Positions 35,419 through 48,144 of a stretch of DNA of 64,000 nucleotides are shown one piece after another; the first letter of the stretch is position 1; the number at the start of each line of letters is the position of its first letter. The stretch comes from Macrostomum hystrix. Taxonomy: Eukaryota > Animalia > Platyhelminthes. The notes below the pieces were generated by a model. That model was given only the letters and a program-made list of their open reading frames with translations, was not told where the DNA came from and ran no database searches. A program made the position numbers and the translations under genes. Where the stretch lies: positions 14,508,001-14,572,000 of the forward strand of contig CATNEN010000001.1 in NCBI GenBank assembly GCA_950097015.1, written 5' to 3'.

Positions 35419-36021
35419 TAACGAACCAGACTAATCTGCAGATTACGTTTTCAGAGGTTGAAAAATTCCAGTAATTTCCAGTTCCCTCACATCCCCCAAA
35501 CAGCTATAGTAAAATCCACTTTGTGAGGCCGGACAGTTTTTGTACGTATAAAAAACTATTCCTGTGGGAAAAGCAATGAGTGCGTGTACATTGTGAGGCA
35601 GTTTGCACTGGCTGTTCAAACAGAGCTTCTTCAAGTCCTCTCTCGTTTCTGACACATACATTTAGGAGCTAATATTAAACTTCAGAATGACTATAAGTAA
35701 ACTCAGGTAGCTAGTGACAACATTATGCGCAGAATATATGCTCTTATACAACAGCTTGGCTAGAGGATCAGTTCAGAAAATCAATTTTGTTTGAGCTCTT
35801 TCAGCTTACATTGAGCTTAGCTTTTATGCCTTGCACTTTTAGGAGTCAACTTGTTTCGTTCTCGTGCCCTTGTAAAGTGCTGCGAGCCGGTTCGGCATTC
35901 AATATCGATTGATTTCTTTAGAATTGATTCTATGAGAAATAAATTGATCTAACACTAGCCGTATACATTTGACACAAGAACCAATGCTACATGCTATTAA
36001 TACATTTTAATCTACAGATTA

Positions 36022-37765
36022 CATACGGGAGAGATAAGACACGGGAGAGATGAGACACGGGAGAGATAAGACACGGGAGAGATGAGACACTAGAGAGATG
36101 AGACAATGGAGAGATGATACACGGGAGAGATGAGACACTAGAGAGATGAGACAATGGAGAGATGAGACACGGGAGAGATGAGACACTAGAGAGATGAGAC
36201 ACGGGAGAGATAAGACACGGCAGAGATGAGACACGGGAGAGATGAGACATGGGAGAGATGAGACAATGGAGAGATGAGACACGGGAGAGATGAGACACGG
36301 GAGAGATGAGACACGGGAGAGATGAGACAATGGAGAGATGAGACAATGGAGAGATGAGACACGGGAGAGATGAGACACGGGAGAAATGGGACACGGGAGA
36401 GATAAGACACGGGAGAGATGAGACACTAGATAGATGAGACAATGGAGAGATGAGACACGGGAGAGATGAGACACGGGATAGGTGAGACACGGGAGAGATG
36501 AGACACGGAAGAGATGAGACACGGAAGAGATGAGACACGAGAGAGATGAGACAAGGGAGAAATGAGACACGTGAGAGATGAGACAATGGAGAGATGAGAC
36601 ACGGGAGAGATGAGACACGGGAGAGATGAGACAATGGAGAGATGAGACACGGGAGAGATGAGACACGGGAGAAATGAGATACGGAAGAGATGAGACACGG
36701 GAGAGATGAGACAATGGAGAGATGAGACAATGGAGAGATGAGACACGGGAGAGATGAGACACGGGAGAGATGAGACACGGGAGAGATGAGACACGGGAGA
36801 GATAAGACACGGGAGAGATGAGACACGGGAGAGATGAGACACGGGAGAGATAAGACACGGGAGAGATGAGACACGGGAGAGATGAGACACGGGAGAGATG
36901 AGACAATGGAGAGATGAGACAATGGAGAGATGAGACACGGGAGAGATGAGACACGGGAGAGATGAGACACGGGAGAGATGAGACACGGGAGAGATGAGAC
37001 ACGGGAGAGATGAGACACGGGAGAGATGAGACACGGGAGAGATGAGACACGGGAGAGATGAGACACGGGAGAGATGAGACACGGGAGAGATGAGACACGG
37101 GAGAGATGAGACACGGGAGAGATGAGACACGGGAGAGATGAGACACGGGAGAGATGAGACACGGGAGAGATGAGACACGGGAGAGATGAGACACGGGAGA
37201 GATGAGACACGGAAGAGATGAGACACGGGAGAGATTAGACACTAGAGAGATGAGACAATGGAGAGATGAGACACGGGAGAGATGAGACACGGGATAGATG
37301 AGACACGGGAGAGATGAGACACGGGAGAGATGAGACACGGGAGAGATTAGACACTAGAGAGATGAGACAATGGAGAGATGAGACACGGGAGAGATGAGAC
37401 ACGGGATAGATGAGACACGGGAGAGATGAGACACGGGAGAGATGAGATACGGGAGAGATGAGATACGGGAGAGATGAGACACGGGAGAGATGAGACACTA
37501 GAGAGATGAGACACGGGAGAGATGAGACACGGGAGAGAGGAGACACGGGAGAGATGAGACACGGAAGAGATGAGACACGGAAGAGATGAGACACGGAAGA
37601 GATGAGACACTAGAGAGATGAGACACGGGAGAGATGAGACACGGGAGAGATGAGACACGGGAGAGATGAGACACGGGAGAGATGAGACACGGGAGAGATG
37701 AGACACGGGAGAGATGAGATACGGGAGAGATGAGACAGGGGAGTGATGAGACACGGGAGAGATGG
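36022..37765 (-). repeat. 16-bp minisatellite (GGGAGAGATGAGACAC)n, third array of this family
   Basis: Direct inspection. Confidence 0.95.
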
Positions 37766-39250
37766 GATTTTGAAGCGAAGGTTGCTAAAAGAAGGGGACA
37801 AGAAGTACATTCCCACTCAATATCGCAATATATTCAATATAGAGTGTATGATGTACAAGCCGCGGTATATCCCTACTGTTGATTCAATCCAGTCAATAAA
37901 TGCGCATCACTGGATGCAGAATGATTCAATTCGAAATAGCTGACATCGCGGCTATATGTAGCTGCACGACTAAATGGAACGCATATTCGTGTATGTAATA
38001 CTTTATGCCCTCAGCAAAACAAGAGTGCTGATATTCCAGATCTGTATAAAAAACTAACTTGTATAATATTAATTATACACTAGCTGACTGTGCTTTAGTT
38101 ATAATGAATGAAAATGTGTGAGAATGCATTTTAAAGGTTCAATGTCTATTAACATATAAGTTGCTCCTTGTTTAATTCCTGACCGAAATGATACATTTGT
38201 TGATCATACTGGAATGCTAGTTGAATTAACGATATGCTTTCTGAATATGGTTCTACACTCGTAGCCTGTACATTCAGTGCAGTGCAAAATGCATGGAATA
38301 TGAAAACTGTAAGCTCTAACTACAAGCCGCAGTTTTGCTGAACAACGTCGACACATGGACGTCGACGACGTCTAGACTGAGCGCGTCTCGAAGGTAATGT
38401 GTCCCTGAAACTCAGGGCAGATGTACACACCTGTGTGAGTTACTGCCTGCGTAGGGTATCTGTGCTTGTGTGCCCTCACAATAAAAAGAAATAAGAAAAA
38501 TATTTATTATTACTACAATTAATATTTACTAAGCATCATTGACTACATACTACATCCATGCGCAAAAAAGTTCCAGTAATAATAGGAAAACTATATTCAT
38601 ACTTACAACCTACTACTGCAAGTAGCAGAATTATATTTAAGTATTTTCTCACTGATGTGACAGAACCGATTTACGGGATTTCATACGAAGACGAAAATAA
38701 TTGTATTTTAAATGAGTTTCTAAGCAAACGCAAAAGCGAGAGCTAGATAAGAATAAATTTGTTTTACTTGACGTATACGCTTTTTAAAAAATGGTAAGCT
38801 AGTAATGCAGTGCTCAGTAAGCAGCTGATTCCTTTGCCTTGGGCCCGATGCGCGGCAAAAGTATGCACTCAATGTACCGCTGACTATTGCTCGCTTTATT
38901 CCAGCCGCACAACCTGACTCCGCTGCCATAGACTATAGCCGGCTGTCTTCTGGGAGCCAGATAGATTGTCTCCGAGTAGACTATGCGACCCCTGCTCACG
39001 TGACTTTCGGCTGAAGCAGCATCGCGTGATGAGGAGGCTTTAGAATTCGCTATGGAGAGTGGACCGATGCACTTTCCGCACTCTCTGTCAACAATGTGGA
39101 CTACTGTTGACGCTGTGTTGACCGAACTGCCGAGGCTTGACTGCCAATCATTGTTTTGTTTTGTTTTATAAGTACACTGCGAGTGTCTTGCACTGTTTGA
39201 CAGAATAAAGGGAAGAGAAAAAAGAAATCACGAATGAAGATTTGCACAGA

Positions 39251-39470
39251 TTGCCTCTCGCACCAAGGTCCCTGAGCTCGATTCCGCGGCGAGGCCACAT
39301 TCATTTGGGGAGCAGCCGCGAAGAGAAGGCTTTGGGGCTTGTCGTGCAATTTACGCCCTTAAGGGCCAACATGATCCAAGGCACAGTGAGAGTGTACACT
39401 GCCTGTCGATGAGAAAGTCAGGCCAGATGTACACACCTGTGTGTGTGCGTGCTCAGGAGTCAGCGAAATG
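39251..39470 (+). mobile_element. SINE-like family B copy
   Basis: tRNA-like head GCCTCTCGCACCAAGGTCCCTGAGCTCGATTCC (B-box-like); ~210 bp homologous to the reverse complement of 45200-45410. Confidence 0.7.
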
Positions 39471-39513
39471 GGCAGAATTGCCTCCTCATGATGAGACACG
39501 GGATGTACACATG

Positions 39514-41596
39514 ATGTACATTCAAGAGAAGGATCAGAAATGAGGGATTGTACATTCAAGAGAAGGATCAGAAATGAGGGATTGTACATTCAAGAGTAGG
39601 ATCAGGAATGAGGGATTGTACATTCAAGAGTAGGATCAGGAATGAGGGATTGTACATTCAAGAGTAGGATCAGGAATGAGGGATTGTACATTCAAGAGTA
39701 GGATCAGGAATGAGGGATTGTACATTCAAGAGTAGGATCAGGAATGAGGGATTGTACATTCAAGAGTAGGATCAGGAATGAGGGATTGTACATTCAAGAG
39801 TAGGATCAGGAATGAGGGATTGTACATTCAAGAGTAGGATCAGGAATGAGGGATTGTACATTCAAGAGTAGGATCAGGAATGAGGGATTGTACATTCAAG
39901 AGTAGGATCAGGAATGAGGGATTATACATTCAAGAGTAGGATCAGGAATGAGGGATTGTACATTCAAGAGTAGGATCAGGAATGAGGGATTGTACATTCA
40001 AGAGTAGGATCAGGAATGAGGGATTGTACATTCAAGAGTAGGATCAGGAATGAGGGATTATACACTCAAGAGTAGGATCAGGAATGAGGGATTGTACATT
40101 CAAGAGTAGGATCAGGAATGAGGGATTGTACATTCAAGAGTAGGATCAGGAATGAGGGATTGTACATTCAAGAGTAGGATCAGGAATGAGGGATTATACA
40201 CTCAAGAGTAGGATCAGGAATGAGGGATTGTACATTCAAGAGTAGGATCAGGAATGAGGGATTGTACATTCAAGAGTAGGATCAGGAATGAGGGATTGTA
40301 CATTCAAGAGTAGGATCAGGAATGAGGGATTGTACATTCAAGAGTAGGATCAGGAATGAGGGATTGTACATTCAAGAGTAGGATCAGGAATGAGGGATTG
40401 TACATTCAAGAGTAGGATCAGGAATGAGGGATTGTACATTCAAGAGTAGGATCAGGAATGAGGGATTGTACATTCAAGAGTAGGATCAGGAATGAGGGAT
40501 TGTACATTCAAGAGTAGGATCAGGAATGAGGGATTATACATTCAAGAGTAGGATCAGGAATGAGGGATTGTACATTCAAGAGTAGGATCAGGAATGAGGG
40601 ATTGTACATTCAAGAGTAGGATCAGGAATGAGGGATTGTACATTCAAGAGTAGGATCAGGAATGAGGGATTATACACTCAAGAGTAGGATCAGGAATGAG
40701 GGATTGTACATTCAAGAGTAGGATCAGGAATGAGGGATTGTACATTCAAGAGTAGGATCAGGAATGAGGGATTGTACATTCAAGAGTAGGATCAGGAATG
40801 AGGGATTATACACTCAAGAGTAGGATCAGGAATGAGGGATTGTACATTCAAGAGTAGGATCAGGAATGAGGGATTGTACATTCAAGAGTAGGATCAGGAA
40901 TGAGGGATTGTACACTCAAGAGTAGGATCAGAAATGAGGGATTGTACACTCAAGAGTAGGATCAGGAATGAGGGATTGTACATTCAAGAGTAGGATCAGG
41001 AATGAGGGATTGTACATTCAAGAGTAGGATCAGGAATGAGGGATTGTACATTCAAGAGTAGGATCAGGAATGAGGGATTGTACATTCAAGAGTAGGATCA
41101 GGAATGAGGGATTGTACATTCAAGAGTAGGATCAGGAATGAGGGATTGTACATTCAAGAGTAGGATCAGGAATGAGGGATTGTACATTCAAGAGTAGGAT
41201 CAGGAATGAGGGATTGTACATTCAAGAGTAGGATCAGGAATGAGGGATTGTACATTCAAGAGTAGGATCAGGAATGAGGGATTGTACATTCAAGAGTAGG
41301 ATCAGGAATGAGGGATTGTACATTCAAGAGTAGGATCAGGAATGAGGGATTGTACATTCAAGAGTAGGATCAGGAATGAGGGATTGTACACTCAAGAGTA
41401 GGATCAGGAATGAGGGATTGTACATTCAAGAGTAGGATCAGGAATGAGGGATTGTACATTCAAGAGTAGGATCAGGAATGAGGGATTGTACATTCAAGAG
41501 TAGGATCAGGAATGAGGGATTGTACATTCAAGAGTAGGATCAGGAATGAGGGATTGTACACTCAAGAGTAGGATCAGGAATGAGGGATTGTACACT
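39514..41596. repeat. 34-bp highly homogeneous minisatellite (CAAGAGTAGGATCAGGAATGAGGGATTGTACATT)n, ~61 copies
   Basis: Period 34 confirmed (39557 to 39591); no spacers. Confidence 0.95.
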
Positions 41597-42169
41597 AGAA
41601 GAAATAAAAGATCATTTTAAAAGCGAGCTTAACATCAGAAAACTTACCGATTCGCTCATGTTTAAAGGTAACAATTAGATTACTTCTCGTATATTTCTCA
41701 ATAAGATTGCTACAACTGGTAACTAGCTGACTGATCTGCCTCGACAACAGGGTGGTTTTTCTCTAACCGCGCGAAGTTTTTTTCACCGCATGTACTCGTA
41801 AGTCATTTTTATACACTGGGTGGGACCCATTAACTCATGAGCATGAGCCGTGTGAGTGAGTGGGGTGATTCAGTGTTCGAATAGGCGAAAAAGCTTGCGC
41901 GAGGCCTCACAAAGCTACATATGTTAAGGGCTTCAGCCTCATTTCGCATGGAGCAGAGCTGCAGGGAGTTGAATAGGGTACAAAAATTGGCCATTTCCGG
42001 AATCGGCCCTCACACACGAACACACACACACACACACACACGAATGATCGCAAACTGACTTTATCGGGCCTTCTGGTGTACTTTTAATAAACTCTCTAAA
42101 TGCATGTATTATTTCACTACTTTTAGTAGCTCGCCGAGTATGTGATATCCACGCTTAGTTGTGAGATGA

Positions 42170-43240
42170 GTCACATGAGTACAGGAGCATTCGTGAGCAC
42201 ATATAAGTATACATGAGAACACGTGAGTATACATGAGAACACGTGAGTATACATGTGCACGCATGAGTATAAATGAGTATGCATGAGTATACATGTGCAC
42301 GCATGAGTATAAATGAGTATGCATGAGTATACATGAGTATACATGTGCACGCATGAGTATAAATGAGTATGCATGAGTATACATGAGCAAACATGAGCAT
42401 ACATGAGTATCCATGAGTATGCATGAGTATACATGAGTATACATGAGTATCCATGAGTATGCATGAGTATACATGAGTATACATGAGCAAACATGAGCAC
42501 ACATGAGTATACATGAGTATCCATGAGTATACATGAGTATCCATGAGTATGCATGAGTATACATGAGCACACATGAGTATACATGAGTATACACGAGCAC
42601 ACGTGAGTATACATGAGTATACACGAGCACACGTGAGTATTAATGAGTATAAATGAGCACACATCAGCACACATGAGCACACATGAGCACACATAAGCAC
42701 ACATGAGCACATATGAGCACACATGAGCACACATGAGCACACATGAGCTCACATGAGCACACATAGGCACACATAAGCACACATAAGCACACATGAGCTC
42801 ACATGAGCACACATAAGCACACATAAGCACACATAAGCACACATGAGCACACATGAGCACACATGAGCACACATGAGCACACATGAGCACACATAAGCAC
42901 ACATGAGCACACATGAGCACACATGAGCACACATAAGCACACATAAGCACACATGAGCACACATGAGCTCACATGAGCTCACATGAGCACACATAGGCAC
43001 ACATAAGCACACATAAGCACACATGAGCTCACATGAGCACACATAAGCACACATAAGCACACATAAGCACACATGAGCACACATGAGCACACATGAGCAC
43101 ACATGAGCACACATGAGCACACATAAGCACACATGAGCACACATGAGCACACATGAGCACACATAAGCACACATAAGCACACATGAGCACACATGAGCTC
43201 ACATGAGTATACAAGATCACACATGAGCTCACATGATTAT
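42170..43240. repeat. 10-bp minisatellite grading from TACATGAGTA to CACATGAGCA, with a 230-bp internal duplication
   Basis: Direct inspection; the block at 42741 recurs at 42971. Confidence 0.93.
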
Positions 43241-43529
43241 ACATTAGCAAACATCAATCAATATTTAAGCTGTCATTCTGCAATTTCCAGACCATTCTAA
43301 AAGCAGAGAGTTGCAAATAGGCGAAAGACAATTTTCATCCACTCTCACTTATTGCTCAGCCAATCACAGAGAGACGAGAGTGAGCGATACCATAACTCAA
43401 CTGTCTTGACATGAGTACACTCAGAAGAGGATTTATCTACTGGAGATTAGAGACTAATGTCGGTGAGCAAGCAGTTTTTAGCTCACAATCTCACAAACTG
43501 AAGCAATAGTCTTGGCATCAACCATAGCA

Positions 43530-43883
43530 ATGGACTCCGCTGACGGACCAGAAGATCAGAACAGTTACCAGACAACGGCGGAGAGTCAGCGGCTGACATT
43601 CTACCTGACAGGCTGCACTGGCACAGCCGTGTGCTGCATTGGAATCGTAGCGAATCTCCTGTGCCTGGCCGTGCTAACTAAAAAGTGCATGCGCAGCAGC
43701 AATACTAATTTGTACCTGTGCGCTCTGTCAGTGGCTGACACCATGGTACTGCTCATGTCTGTTCTTGTATTCCTCAAGAATACTCGGCCAGACTTTGAGT
43801 CGCCCGAGTTTATTGTTTGGCGCGACTTTCCCGCTATGCCGCACGTCTATATGTACTCACACGCGATGAACCTGGTGTTCCAG
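43530..43883 (+). CDS. FMRFamide-receptor-like GPCR exon 1; gene = join(43530..43883, 49319..49609, 50053..50868), ~486 aa
   Basis: CIGIVAN (TM1), MRSSNTNLYLCALSVAD (TM2); donor CAG|GTGAGA, phase 0. Confidence 0.88.
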
Positions 43884-43972
43884 GTGAGACCTCATTCGTT
43901 TAATTGAATTGTTAGACAGATTTTTATCCAATTAGGCAGAGATTTACCTCGAGACACATTTTATTTGCGCTT

Positions 43973-44852
43973 CACCTGTTAGTCAGAACTGTCACCTGTT
44001 AGATAGAACTGTCACCTGTTAGATAGAACTGTCACCTGTTAGATAGAACTGTCACCTGTTAGACAGAACTGTCACCTGTTAGACAGAATTGTCACCTGTT
44101 AGACAGAACTGTCACCTGTTAGACAGAACTTTCACCTGTTAGACAGAATTGCCACCTGTTAGACAGAACTGTCACCTGTTAGACAGAATTGTCACCTGTT
44201 AGACAGAATTGTCACCTGTTAGACAGAATTGTCACCTGTTAGACAGAACTTTCACCTGTTAGACAGAATTGTCACCTGTTAGACAGAACTGTCACCTGTT
44301 AGACAGAATTGTCACCTGTTAGACAGAACTGTCACCTGTTAGACAGAATTGTCACCTGTTAGACAGAATTGTCACCTGTTAGACAGAATTGTCACCTGTT
44401 AGACAGAACTTTCACCTGTTAGACAGAATTGTCACCTGTTAGACAGAACTGTCACCTGTTAGACAGAACTGTCACCTGTTAGACAGAATTAGCACCTGTT
44501 AGACAGAATTGTCACCTGTTAGACAGAACTTTCACCTGTTAGACAGAACTGTCACCTGTTAGACAGAACTTTCACCTGTTAGACAGAATTGTCACCTGTT
44601 AGACAGAACTGTCACCTGTTAGACAGAATTGTCACCTGTTAGACAGAACTTTCACCTGTTAGACAGAATTGTCACCTGTTAGACAGAACTGTCACCTGTT
44701 AGACAGAATTGTCACCTGTTAGACAGAACTTTCACCTGTTAGACAGAATTGTCACCTGTTAGACAGAACTGTCACCTGTTAGACAGAACTGTCACCTGTT
44801 AGACAGAACTGTCACCTGTTAGACAGAATTAGCACCTGTAAGACAAAAAATT
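43973..44852. repeat. 20-bp minisatellite (GTCACCTGTTAGACAGAACT)n at the 5' end of GPCR intron 1
   Basis: Direct inspection, ~44 copies. Confidence 0.95.
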
Positions 44853-45199
44853 CAACTGTTAGATGCGTTCTATTGGCCTGCATAATCTGTTTAATTGATC
44901 AATGGTAAGTAGAGCGCTGGGTTTTGTTCCGTTAGTCGGATGCAGATGGCTGCAGAATCTGAGAACAGAAGAACAGGCAACCCAGCACACAACAAATCTT
45001 TTTAGAGTTCTTATGCTGCTTGCCCTTGATTCCTAATTAGAAAAAAATCAGGATTTACATCTGATTCGCTCCCGCTTCTGTCTGGGGCCAACATATGAGA
45101 TTGATGTGCATGAAATACTGATCTTTTTCTCTAAAGAAATATAAGTAGTAAAGTCGGTTTTGTCAGTCTTGTTTATATTTTTATGGTTAAATCAATGTG

Positions 45200-45420
45200 C
45201 CTGATCCTGAGCACACACGCATACAGGTGTGTACATCTGAATGGACTTTCTCATCGTCAGGCAGTGTACACTCGCACTGTGCCTTCAAAAAGGTTGGCCC
45301 TCAAGGGCGTAAATTGCACGACAAGCCACCAAGCCTTCTCTCCGCGGCTGCGCCCCAAATGAATGTGACATCGCCGCGGAATCGAGCTCAGGGACCTTGG
45401 TGCGCGAGGCGTTAGGCCGC
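45200..45420 (-). mobile_element. SINE-like family B copy (inverted relative to 39251-39470), followed by a short + strand 3' fragment at ~45432-45475
   Basis: Reverse complement aligns with 39251-39460; the two translated spurious ORFs are also near-identical (HDKP.SLL.AAAPQMNV.SPRNRAQGPWC). Confidence 0.7.
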
Positions 45421-46069
45421 CCTGCCACCCCGTACACACCTGTGTGAGTGTGTACTCAGGACTCAGCGGAATGGACTCGGACTCAGCTGCCCTCGAAAAT
45501 TTCGAAGCTCCGCGCTGATTCAGCCTTGAAAATTCCTTCGGCCGTTGGACAAGACTTCTTGTGTATTTTTCTGCTCCACTGAGCAGCCAACAGAAAACCA
45601 GAATTTGGGAAGCTCCACAATTTGGGGGGTTGGAAGAAAAACTTGCGGCAAAATTCACCTCAACATTTATCCCGACTCATTCTCTCGCTCGGATTAACAG
45701 GCTTTTAGCCCAGCCTACTCACCCAGGTGCGCTGCATATCTCAATACGATACATAGGCGGGGGATTTTAATCCCATCAAGAGAGTAGAGTAATCCGCGCC
45801 TCAATACCCTGCTTCAGAAGCGGAACTCCATGCGGCAGCATGATGATTCTCGAGCTCAGGTTCTGCTCAAGCAGCAACCCCACTCCGGCCTGTCGCCCTC
45901 CCCCACCCCTAGACTCGGATGACACTTCGTGATATTTCAGATGCAAAAAAATGATCGACTATTGAGTGTCGGCTGCGATGCACTTTTAAACGCTTCACGT
46001 GATTCGGTATCCACAGGCAAATTATTCACCGTGTGCTCTTTCCTTAGCAATACCTTGTCTCCCACATCT

Positions 46070-46475
46070 ATCCACTCCTCCCTCTACTCTCTCCACTCGC
46101 TCCTTTCTCTCTCTCCTTCTCTCCCTCCTTCTCACCTTCTCTCCCTCCTCTCACCCCTTCTCTCTCTCCCTCCTCTCCCTCCACTCGCTCCTTTCTCTCT
46201 CTCTCCTTCTCTCCCTCCTCTCTCACCTTCTCTCCCTCCTCTCACCCCTTCTCTCTCTCCCTCCTCTCCCTCCTCTCGCAACTTTCTCTCTCTCCTTCTC
46301 TCCCTCCTCTCTCACCTTCTCTCCCTCCTCTCACCCCTTCTCTCTCTCCCTCCTCTCCCTCCTCTCGCAACTTTCTCTCTCTCCTTCTCTCCCTCCACTC
46401 TCTGCTACTCTCCCTCCACTCTCCTTCTCTCCTTCAACTCTCTCCTTATCTCTCCTTCTCTACCTTCGCTCCCTC
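46070..46475. repeat. CT-rich polypyrimidine low-complexity repeat
   Basis: Direct inspection. Confidence 0.85.
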
Positions 46476-46879
46476 CGTAGCAGTACGATCCAACTCGTTT
46501 TATATGTAATGCAATCGGGAAATGCGAAGATGGTACGCACTGCATATTCTTGACACACTTCTCAAACTCTGAAGTGAAGCCTAGTACAGTTAGAATTGTA
46601 GCGACATATGCTGCTTCTGCTGCTACTGCAGCCTCTCAAACGTATCTCCCTAATCTATCTAGAACCTATAATTGGTTTCTAGACAGTGGAGGCATCATTA
46701 ATTCCATATTTGGTTAGTTGATTTCTAGTGTGCGCCTATGATATTTTTAGACTCGAGATTTGAGCAAGCCAATAATTTTTGAGGGCCCGATCTTTTGCAC
46801 GTGATACCTTAAACATATTTTCTGAAATTTATAGCCAATCACACTCGTTGACATTTCTTGACTGACAAAAGTTCTGACT

Positions 46880-47210
46880 CATTATCTGACACACTAGCTG
46901 GCACATTATCTGATACATCATCTGACACTATCTGACACTAGCTGACACATTATCTGACACTCTGGCTGACACATTATCTGACACATTATCTGACACTCTA
47001 GCTGACACATTATCTGATACACTAGCTGACACATTATCTGACACAAAAGCTGGCACATTATCTGATACATCATCTGACACTATCTGACACTAGCTGACAC
47101 ATTATCTGACACTCTAGCTGACACATTATCTGACACTCTAGCTGACACATTATCTGACACTCTAGCTGATACATTATCTGACACTCTAGCTGACACATTA
47201 TCTGGCACAT
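46880..47210. repeat. (TTATCTGACACTCTAGCTGACACA)-type minisatellite
   Basis: Direct inspection. Confidence 0.88.
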
Positions 47211-48144
47211 CTCCCTATCAAACAGGTAGCCATAACTTCAATATAATATTATTTTCTCATTTTATCAATCGCAGTAGCTCTCAACAGGTGGAGCAATCAG
47301 TAGGGCACATTATATTTCACCTCGAGCATAAGCTCCGGTTCTGTAGCCCAAGTTCTCAGCCCACCTTTTGAGCTGGGAGGCAACCTGAACTCTTTAATTC
47401 CCCGAACGCAATTAGCGATGGCATGAGGGAATATAGGCGAAGACACATCGCCGAAAAAGCAGAAGAACTCGGGAAAAGTGTAATTAACTACCTACGAGAG
47501 CATACGTGAAAAATTCAACAAAAAATATCCAAGTTTCCATGTAGCTCCTAAGTGAACAAAGTGTACAATACCCTCTAAAACTGATCCCGCTATTGGGAAA
47601 TGAAATCTGATATTTTCTGATATTTATTTGGCGTATTATAGCTGGGACAGTTAAGGAGCTAGCATTTCCCTTATTTCCCTGCTCACAATGAGAACAACGA
47701 GTTATTCTAAAGTAATGCAGCCCAAGAGACTGCCTATGATAATAGCTTCTCAAAGTTGGGTATTGCTTTTGAGTAATTACAGACTGCAAACTCGGGTAGA
47801 TGATGAGAAAGGAGAAAAGAGGAAGATGTAACAAGCTTAGAAAAGTGAGCACGCAGGGCAGCAGATGGCTGTTTATTTATAGTCGAAGCATTGTTTACTG
47901 GAACATCTGTGCCTAGAGACTAGTTGTTTTGCTGTTCGAAACTCAATTAAGAAATGTTTGCCGACAAAAGGCCTCCGCCTTGTTGTCCTATCATCAGCTA
48001 CAAAACAGCTAGCTTTTGATTAAACTTTAGTTTAGCATTTTTGTCAAGACTGGGTTTCATAATTAGCGTTTGTTTGTAGACAACTCGAGGAGAGAGACGT
48101 CAACTAATTTAACAAGGTTAGATGACCTGTCGGTGTAACGTGTT

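Noticed and set aside
39514-41596. 34-bp direct repeats of CRISPR-like length
   Set aside because: Head-to-tail units with no unique spacers, no cas genes and a eukaryotic context.
45225-45275. CTGACGA..GAAA hammerhead-ribozyme-like core in SINE family B (minus strand)
   Set aside because: No stem II or III geometry; the other copy has CTGTCGA; better explained as a simple hairpin.
47340-47450. HDV-ribozyme-like words (GGCAAC...AGGCGAA)
   Set aside because: I could not build P1/P2/P3 pairings by eye; an Infernal or RNAmotif scan would be needed.
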